NCBI GenBank assembly: GCA_023205875.1
Contig: CP060754.1
Coordinates: 620,001 to 684,000 of the forward strand
Direction of reading: 5' to 3'
DNA from: Chloropicon primus
Lineage: Eukaryota
Length of the DNA: 64,000 bases
A program made the position numbers and the translations under genes. Shown here in pieces: positions 19,252-26,593 of this stretch; position 1 is the stretch's first letter; every line of letters starts with the position of its first letter. The notes under the pieces were generated by a model that did not search any database, was not told where the DNA came from, and was given only the letters and a program-made list of their open reading frames with translations.

Positions 19252-21420
19252 ATGGCGCGATCAGGGAAGCGCCGTAAGAAAAAGGAGAAGCAGGGGAGTG
19301 GCTCGACGAGTTCCACAAGGAGGTCGCACTCTGGCGAGAGTCATGCTCAGGGCGCTTCGAAGTCGGGGCAGGAGTCTCCGACGACGGAGCCGTTACGTCG
19401 GTTCTGGAATCAGGGCTTGCAGTTGCTCTACTCGTTGTGCCTGCTTCCTATCGCGGACGACCCCGCCTCTGCGGGTGAGGGTTCGAGCACGCCTCGCAAG
19501 AAGCGGGGGCGGAAGCGGAAGGAGAAGCCGCTGGACGACCCCGCCTCTGCTTTCGAGGAGGGTTCGAGCACGCCTCGCAAGAAGCGGGGGGGGAAGCGGA
19601 AGGGGAAGCCGCCGGAGGCGGCTTCCTCTGCGGGTGAGAGTTCGAGCTCGTCAGGCAAGCCTCGCAAGAAGCCTCGCAAGAAGGGCAAGAAGAAGAACAA
19701 GAAGAAGGGTAAGAAGAAGAAGAACAAGAGGGGGAAGAAAGCAGGGAAGCAGCCGGGTGGCTTGGCGGACGACAGCGTGAAGAAGACCTGGTTCTCATCG
19801 ATCAAGAGAGAACTTGAAGAGGTAAAGTGTCCGAAGACGGGATGGAGGTCGTGCTTGAACCTTCCAGAAGATTCTGTGGTATCCGTCGAGACATTGCAGT
19901 CGCCCGCCAAAAGGAAGAGGGGGCAGAAACTGAAGACCTCCAAGCTATTGTCGGAGCGAACGGTGATACGGACGAGGAAGCTGAGGATGCGCTTGAACCC
20001 TGAGCAGGCGAAGTGCCTTTGCAACTGGATGGGAGCTGCGCGTTTCACATACAACAAGTGTTTGGAGGCGGTCAAGAAGGAGGGTTTTCCGCTGGTTTGG
20101 ACCGTCCTGCTGGACAGATTTGTGACGGCCAAACCGCGACGCCCTGAGGTCTTTGAGGGGCTGGAGAAAGAGCTGAAAGAAATCCAATGCTCTCCACGGC
20201 CATGGACAAAACAGGAGGCAGAGCTTTTCGCGGCCAGAGAGAAGAGACTCGAGAGCCAAATTGGAGGCAGACGATTTCGCGCCGAAGTGGCCAAGGACCG
20301 GGACTACGTTAGCGGGGCCTTTGTAAATCAGAAGCATCCTTGGCTGAAGGATACCCCCTGTGCCATCAGACAAGCTGCCGTGCGAAGTCTCATCAAGGCA
20401 TGGGATTCGAACATCGCGAAGCAGGAAGCGATGAAGGAGCGCGGCGAGGAGAAGGGGCACCGCTTCGTTCTCAAGTATCGTCAACGTCAGCAACCGAGCT
20501 CTTGGACCATTGAAATTGATGCAAGAGAGTTAAAGAACGTGGAGACGATCGAAAGGCCAAACACGAGGCACAAGGATGACACCAAGCACAACAAACGACG
20601 CAAGTGGACCAAGCTGGAGGTGTTCAAGAAGAAGATGGCCGGCGGGCCCCTGTACTTGACGGAGGAGATCCCCGGGGGCAAGATCGAGGGTGCCGTGAAG
20701 ATCACAAGAAATCGCCTTGGGCAGTTCCACATGCACATTCCCATCGCGACGCCATGGGATCGCCTGCCACCCCTGAAGCCTGAGAACAAGCGGAAGGTTG
20801 TCGCCCTGGATCCGGGAGTCAGGACCTTTCAGACGTCGTACTCGCCGCAAGAAGGCGTCGGGGAGTATGCCAAGGGCGAGCGAGGCTTCGCGAGGCTGTT
20901 CAACCTCTGCTGGAGGATTGATGAGATCATTTCCGAGCGCAAAGACCCAAAGGTGAAGCTCCCTTACCTCGACCGCCGCGACTTGAAGAGACAGCAATAC
21001 GCCTGCATGGAGAAAATTCGAGGTCTGACGAACGAGCTTCACAAAAAGGTAGCCAACGATCTATGCAGGAGGTTCGACACAATCCTCCTCCCGGAGTTCA
21101 AGTCCCAAGACATGGTGAAGAAGAACAACAACGGGAGACGCCGAGTGATCAGGAAGAAGACGGCTCGCACGCTCTTGACGTTGAGGCACTATGCGTTCAG
21201 AACGTTCTTGGCTTCCAAGGTGCTCTTGCACGGCAGTGAGCTGGCGATCGTGACGGAGGAGTACACCTCCAAGACCTGTGGCAGGTGCGGACACATCAAG
21301 GACAACCTGGGTGGAGCAGAGGTGTACAAGTGCCAGAAGTGTGGCTTCAAGTGCGGTCGGGATGTGAACGGGGCACGCAACGTCCTCCTGAAGCACTTGC
21401 GTCAACCAAAAAGTGTGTAA
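19252..21420 (+). CDS. Fanzor (eukaryotic TnpB, Fanzor2/IS607-type) RNA-guided RuvC endonuclease, 722 aa, intronless
   Basis: OrfB N-terminal motif RKLRMRLNPEQ...GAARFTYN. RuvC-I ALDPGVRTF (D codon 20809). ILLPEF with Pro at the canonical RuvC-II Glu position. Alternative Glu in VTEEYTSKTC (21256). Zn finger CGRC...CQKC. RuvC-III RDVNGARN (D codon 21361). Confidence 0.93.
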   Translation: MARSGKRRKKKEKQGSGSTSSTRRSHSGESHAQGASKSGQESPTTEPLRRFWNQGLQLLYSLCLLPIADDPASAGEGSSTPRKKRGRKRKEKPLDDPASAFEEGSSTPRKKRGGKRKGKPPEAASSAGESSSSSGKPRKKPRKKGKKKNKKKGKKKKNKRGKKAGKQPGGLADDSVKKTWFSSIKRELEEVKCPKTGWRSCLNLPEDSVVSVETLQSPAKRKRGQKLKTSKLLSERTVIRTRKLRMRLNPEQAKCLCNWMGAARFTYNKCLEAVKKEGFPLVWTVLLDRFVTAKPRRPEVFEGLEKELKEIQCSPRPWTKQEAELFAAREKRLESQIGGRRFRAEVAKDRDYVSGAFVNQKHPWLKDTPCAIRQAAVRSLIKAWDSNIAKQEAMKERGEEKGHRFVLKYRQRQQPSSWTIEIDARELKNVETIERPNTRHKDDTKHNKRRKWTKLEVFKKKMAGGPLYLTEEIPGGKIEGAVKITRNRLGQFHMHIPIATPWDRLPPLKPENKRKVVALDPGVRTFQTSYSPQEGVGEYAKGERGFARLFNLCWRIDEIISERKDPKVKLPYLDRRDLKRQQYACMEKIRGLTNELHKKVANDLCRRFDTILLPEFKSQDMVKKNNNGRRRVIRKKTARTLLTLRHYAFRTFLASKVLLHGSELAIVTEEYTSKTCGRCGHIKDNLGGAEVYKCQKCGFKCGRDVNGARNVLLKHLRQPKSV
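19456..19680 (+). repeat. 78-81-nt in-frame tandem repeat (2 copies + 1 degenerate) encoding DDPASA..EGSSTPRKKRG.KRK
   Basis: Units start at 19456, 19534 and 19615. Confidence 0.85.
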
Positions 21421-21448
21421 CTCCTCAGGGTTGCACATACGTTTGTTA

Positions 21449-21600
21449 GTACGGGCTGCCGTGCGTGGGCGGAAGTGTTCGTTCATGTACGGTGGAATGG
21501 TCGTGGTAGGGCTGAATTACCCTGCCGAGAAACTTACAAACTCGGTGAAACGACCTTTGCAGAAAACTAACAGGTAAGTTGTGGCCGGTCTCCTTCTCTC
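21449..21600 (+). ncRNA. Putative Fanzor omegaRNA (scaffold to ~21580, then candidate guide)
   Basis: 18-bp stem 21456-21473/21478-21495 with 7 G-U pairs. Stem 21499-21504/21550-21555 encloses hairpins 21505-21526 and 21525-21545. Loop AACTTAC 21531-21537 is complementary to GTAAGTT 21574-21580. Lies directly 3' of a TnpB-family ORF. Ends are uncertain. Confidence 0.7.
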
Positions 21601-21824
21601 CGTGTTTCTCTCTTTCAGTGGAAAGGAGAACTTGCCTTTGTGCTTCCAGTATTGACTGTGATTTCCCTACCGTCCTTTCGTGACTTTTCTGTGTGCTTTG
21701 CCAGCAAGGACAAAAAAACTTAAGCTCCTCTGTGTGGTGGTAGAAAACCGGCATGAATTACACAAATGAATGGCTTCACAAAAATGACGTGCGTGCACCA
21801 GGAGCGCGACTTGGGTCTTTTCCT

Positions 21825-23232
21825 TCACCAGTCGTCAGGCACCTCGCAACCCTCGTCGTCGTCGTCGGTGCACTGCCAGTCCAAGTCCCCCTCGGGGTTC
21901 GTGGCGCTCCTCAGCCTCCTCGCGGCGAGAATCGCGTCCATGGACTCCCCCTGCATGGGCAGCCGAAGGGCAGAGACTATCTTGTAGGCGATACCCACGA
22001 GGAAGTTCAGCACGGGGAACTCCATGATTTTTTGTATCCACCCCAGGTTTGCGGCGCTGTAGAGCAACTCAAGCGCCTCTGGCCCCCTGAGGATCTCGCT
22101 GCTCTCCTTAATGACGTGAATTGTGTCCATCCCCTCCTCGAAAGTGATCCCCTCGTTCAGCACGGGGTCGTAGTCCGGGTCCCTCAGGTTGACAAAGCAG
22201 ATCTTTCCCTTGTCGTCCCGCCTCTTGAGCATGTTGACCAGAGACATGCAGAGGTTGCAGTCGCCGTCGTAGAGGTACTTGACCTCCCAGTTCTGCGACG
22301 CGAGCGAGGTCGACGGGTCCCCCTCGAAAGGACCAAAGTCCTCCACGCTCGCCAGCGAGTCAAACCCGTCCAGGTCCACAAAAGTGTTGTCCGGGAAGCT
22401 CCCGTTTATCCAAAGACGCCTCTCCGACCCCATGATGGACTCCTTCTTCCTCAGGAGGGGCTGAGCACCGTGGTCGCGCCACGCAAACGAGGAAAAAAAA
22501 GCGTTCGCGCTCGTCAGTCGCCGGTCTTGCACGCCTCTCGCGCGCGGGGAGGGGAGGGGAAGAGTTCGGAGGGAAAATATCGCTCACCTGAAAAATGTCT
22601 GTCCTCGAAACGATCCCCAGCAAGTACCCCGCTTCGTCCACGACGGGCAGGCGGTGGACCTTGTACGCCAGCATGACCCCCGCAGCCTCGCCGATCCTCG
22701 CGTGCGGCCTCACGCAGACGGGAGGAGTGCTCATGTGCTTGCTCGCGACCGTGGTCTGGAGGTACGTCTTGTAGTCCGCCCGCGCCAGAAGGGGCCTGAG
22801 GTCGTGGCGCGATATCACGCCAACCACCTTGTCCCCGTCGTCCACGACGGGAACGCCCTCGACCCTCTTGTCCTGCAGCACCTTCCTCACCTCCTGGAGC
22901 GAGTTGTTGCCCCGTACCTTGGCCAGGGCGGTCGCGGGCGTCATGATGTCCTCCACGACGTCGTCCGGCTCTATCAGCTCTAAGCGGTCGAGGTTCTCGT
23001 TCGAGTAAGCGTCGGAACGCATCTGGGGCCCCTTGTCGTCGCTGCCCCTGCTCTTCTGCGAGTCGCTCTCCAGCTGAGCCCTCGCGAGCACCGGGCCCCT
23101 CTCGCCCCGGATTTTCAAACCGCGCTTCTTCCCATCCAAGGGGCACCGCTGCCTGCGGAGGAGGCTCGCCCGTATCTCCTTCTCATGCCTGCAGCTGGGC
23201 ACCTTGCACCTCGGACCCACCACCGCACGCAT
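21825..23232 (-). CDS. CBS-pair (CBSX-like) + DCC thiol-disulfide oxidoreductase fusion (exons 23232-22588, 22460-21825)
   Basis: CBS motifs VEGVPVVD...VVGVISRHD and VHRLPVVD...LLGIVSRTD. DCC motif YLYDGDCNLC. Phase-0 GTGAGC...CTCAG intron. Confidence 0.8.
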
Positions 23233-23553
23233 GCTGCTGCTCCTAATGTATCCCTCGCCTCGCTTGGCTCACGACCAACCACAGAGAACAACCTCCGCTC
23301 TCGCTTTTGAGGAAGTCCTGTCGAGATCACAAAATATCTGAGGACGATGAGGGACATCTGATGGTGAGGGAGGGGGAGCTTCACTTGGGCCACCTTGCAC
23401 CTCGGCAAAGAGTCGTGTTTAAGAGGTAATACGTATGACAAAGAATTAGCGCTGGCCTTGATCGACTCGACTGTGTCGATCTTGCGACACGAGGGGACGC
23501 TCAAAGATTCAGCAACCCGCGTTATGGCCGTTCCTGTCCCTCTTTCCCCACAT

Positions 23554-26229
23554 CTATTGTTGCTCGTTGATACCATACCGCTCGAGGATGGAGCGAGCCT
23601 CGGCCTCGCTGCAGCCCTTTCGGACAATCTTGTAGACTCCCTCCTGGGTCAGGTCGATTATGGTGGAGCCGGAAGTTCCCGCGTTCAGGCTGCCCCCGTC
23701 GTACACGTTGGCGCACTTGGACCAGATCTCTCGAAAGTGACCCACGGCCGTGCTGCTCTGGCCCCCGCTGATGTTCGCGCTGGTCAGCGCGATGGCGAAA
23801 CCGAGTTGGGACACCACGCCCCGGACGAAGGATGACTCTGGCACCCGGATTCCCACCGTCTTGGTGCCCGGGTTGAGGTTCTTGCTCAGCTCGGAGTCCT
23901 CCTTCCTGTTCAGCAGCAGGGTGTAAGGGCCAGGCAAGAACTCCTCGACCAGGCCCCCTGGGAGGTGGGACGCCTCCCCGTACCTCCCGATCTCCGAGGC
24001 GTGGGCGATGCAGAGAGCGAGAGGGAGGAACGCCGGACGTTGCTTGGCGTCGTAAATTCTGTCGATCCCCTCGTCGCTCGAAGCCGCCGCGGCCACCCCA
24101 TAGATCGTGTCCGTGGGGACTGCTATTATCTTTCCTTGCCTCAGCGCGTCCGCCGCCTTTCCCTCGTTCCACCGGCTCGCGGGGAGAGGCATGACCTCCC
24201 TGTCTTCCGGCGGTGGCCACGCCAAGGGCACGCCCCCCGTGGCCGTGGCGCCAGACGCGTCCAGAAAAGAAAAGTCGGCCACAAGCGACACGTGGTCCGA
24301 GGGGAAGGCCTGGGACGGCAAGTACCCCTGCTTCAGGACCCGGCCTTCGCTGTCCACGTCCTCTTCCCTGCACAAGTCCCTCTCCAGCGGCAACGGCGCA
24401 AAATCTTCCAGCTTCATTCCCTGGGGGTTGAAAAATATGTAGTCCAAAGCCCCGATGTACCCCTTGACGTAGTTTGTGAAGGACGAACGCAGCCCGTCCG
24501 CACTCGTCAGCGGGCCGAATGGATTCTTGAGATAGAACCCGGTGACCGCCTCGCCGCCAAGCGCGCTGCCCGCGTCGAGCTCGTACTTGAGCTCCTCGTC
24601 CTGCTCGAAGCCCGCCTCTTCGTCCCGGCCCTTCCAGGAGAACCTCAAGCAGTCCAGCCACTCGTAGTGCTCCCTAGACACGGAGCCTTTGGCCAAGAGC
24701 TCGATCGCGCCCGTGTCAGGCTCGCTGTTGAGGTCGCCGCAGATCAGGACAACACAGTCTCCCAGGAGCTTGTGGCGGGACAGCAGGTCTGACGCGTACG
24801 CCAGCATCACCGCAACAGACAGGGACCGCACGTGACTTGCACCCGGGTGAAAGTAGAGGTGCGTGTTCGTGACCAGTATCTTCCTCTTTGAGTCGTTCTC
24901 CTCGAGGAGCACGAACTGGGCGGCCGTGGAGATCTTCTTCAAGATCGCAGCGAGATTCGGGTCACTGGCAATGGCGCGCCCCACTCCCACCCCGAGGTGC
25001 TGCTCCAACCACTGCTCGTCCCCAAAGTAGTCGCGGATGTGGATGGATTCCTTGCCGATTGCGCTCAGCCTGCCGGATTTCCAGAACAAGGCGCAACCTT
25101 CCGCTTTGGACGTCTTGGGCCCGAAGAAGCCGGAGTAGCCCATGGATTCGAGACGCGGAGACCAAAACTTGTCGTACAAGTACGTGTCCATCTCCTGCAA
25201 GCAGACCACGTCGCTCGCAAAGCCTCCGATCTCAAAGAGGGAAAGCTGCTGCCTGTAACCGGTATCCAGGTGCTCCGGCGCAATCTCGGGGAACAGGACG
25301 TCCCTGGCATAGTCCGTCTTCGAGTACACGTCCGCGAGAATGTTGTATGTCATGATTCGCAGACTGGTGTCCGGCTTGGATCGTGCCATCCTCTCGTGCC
25401 TAGCTTTCATGAACTCCAGGCGAGGCGCCCCCATCACGGGCTCCACCGAGACGGCTTCCCTCGGCTCCCCCAGCCTGCCCCCGCAGGCCGGCTCGCACTT
25501 GATCTTGATCCTTTTCCCAACGTGCTGCTCGTCGACGGCGAGGTCTGGCTTGCCCTCCGCGACGAGCTCCCACCCCTTCTCGCTCTCCACGTACCAGAGC
25601 CACTTGCAGTCGCCCCGGGAGCAAAACTCCAGCCTCGCGTAAGGGGACGTCACGATGTCCCCCGCCACGACCCTTTTGGGCAGAGATATCTCGCTGCACG
25701 CGGGCAGGTTGGTCTCTATCCTGAGCTTCTTCTCCAGCAGACCGGCGTTCTCTTCCTTGAGGGTGTACTTGAGCTCGAGCGTGTATCCCGTCTGCCACGC
25801 TTCCGAGTTCGTCGTGGTCTCGGGCACGGGCTTCCCAATGCGGTCCAGGATCGTGCAGCTCACGCCGAGATCGGCTGCGACGTCCGACGCCGCGGCCGAG
25901 TGCTCCCCCCTTGACTTCTTCCTCTCTCGACCGCCCTGGTTCCCCAGGCAAGCCGACGAGACCGTCCGCCGAATTCTCTCCAGGGGCTTTGCTATCGCCT
26001 CGTCCTTCTTGCGGCACATGTTCCGCATACGACCCGCCGGCGGAAGCGCCACTTGGATCGTCATCTCGTCCTCTCCATCGGCCTTCCGCACAAGGACGCG
26101 GTCCTCGCAAGTAGCCTGGAGTCCCACAGCACTCGCGAGTGCCCCCCTGTTCACGCCCCCGTTCGGCACCTTTCCCACCATACCTTTCGCTCCTCTCCCG
26201 CTCAGCCGATTGCAGAGTCCAAATAACAT
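23554..26229 (-). CDS. PDE12-like (CCR4/EEP) deadenylase fused to YrdC/Sua5 threonylcarbamoyl-AMP synthase
   Basis: EEP motifs TYNILAD, CLQE, GDLNS, LDYIF, PSDH. YrdC motifs AVPTDTIYG, KQRP, PGPYT, VGIRVP, LTSANISG, GSTIIDL. Confidence 0.88.
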   Translation of the reverse strand: MLFGLCNRLSGRGAKGMVGKVPNGGVNRGALASAVGLQATCEDRVLVRKADGEDEMTIQVALPPAGRMRNMCRKKDEAIAKPLERIRRTVSSACLGNQGGRERKKSRGEHSAAASDVAADLGVSCTILDRIGKPVPETTTNSEAWQTGYTLELKYTLKEENAGLLEKKLRIETNLPACSEISLPKRVVAGDIVTSPYARLEFCSRGDCKWLWYVESEKGWELVAEGKPDLAVDEQHVGKRIKIKCEPACGGRLGEPREAVSVEPVMGAPRLEFMKARHERMARSKPDTSLRIMTYNILADVYSKTDYARDVLFPEIAPEHLDTGYRQQLSLFEIGGFASDVVCLQEMDTYLYDKFWSPRLESMGYSGFFGPKTSKAEGCALFWKSGRLSAIGKESIHIRDYFGDEQWLEQHLGVGVGRAIASDPNLAAILKKISTAAQFVLLEENDSKRKILVTNTHLYFHPGASHVRSLSVAVMLAYASDLLSRHKLLGDCVVLICGDLNSEPDTGAIELLAKGSVSREHYEWLDCLRFSWKGRDEEAGFEQDEELKYELDAGSALGGEAVTGFYLKNPFGPLTSADGLRSSFTNYVKGYIGALDYIFFNPQGMKLEDFAPLPLERDLCREEDVDSEGRVLKQGYLPSQAFPSDHVSLVADFSFLDASGATATGGVPLAWPPPEDREVMPLPASRWNEGKAADALRQGKIIAVPTDTIYGVAAAASSDEGIDRIYDAKQRPAFLPLALCIAHASEIGRYGEASHLPGGLVEEFLPGPYTLLLNRKEDSELSKNLNPGTKTVGIRVPESSFVRGVVSQLGFAIALTSANISGGQSSTAVGHFREIWSKCANVYDGGSLNAGTSGSTIIDLTQEGVYKIVRKGCSEAEARSILERYGINEQQ

Positions 26230-26593
26230 GTGCCGCGCACCCCACGCACGCCCCTTCCCCCCAACCCCCCCTCTCTGCCACCCCTACCCCCCGTCGCCAC
26301 GGCCGGTCGAAGAGAGGTCCTCCCTTCCTTCCCCCTAAGAGCAAGGGCCCTTGGTGAGGCCAAGGCCTGAATGAAATTGGGGAATTGGTTCTTGGTGGGC
26401 GGGTGTCGGCCCCGAAAGGATCGATCGTGATCGTGATCGGCGGGGAGAAGGGGAAGGAGATCTTCCGGACATCGGGCTCGGCAGTGTCCGGTCTCTGTCT
26501 TTGTCCGGAAGCCGCTGTATTGGCGCGTGAATGGCAGGGAATTGATCGAAAGAAGCGGACCAGGTTAGACGAGGCCAAGAGACCCACACGGGG

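Noticed and set aside
23200..23405. 15-bp direct repeat CACCTTGCACCTCGG (23200-23214, 23391-23405)
   Set aside because: No TIRs or coding capacity between the copies, so there is too little evidence for an insertion.
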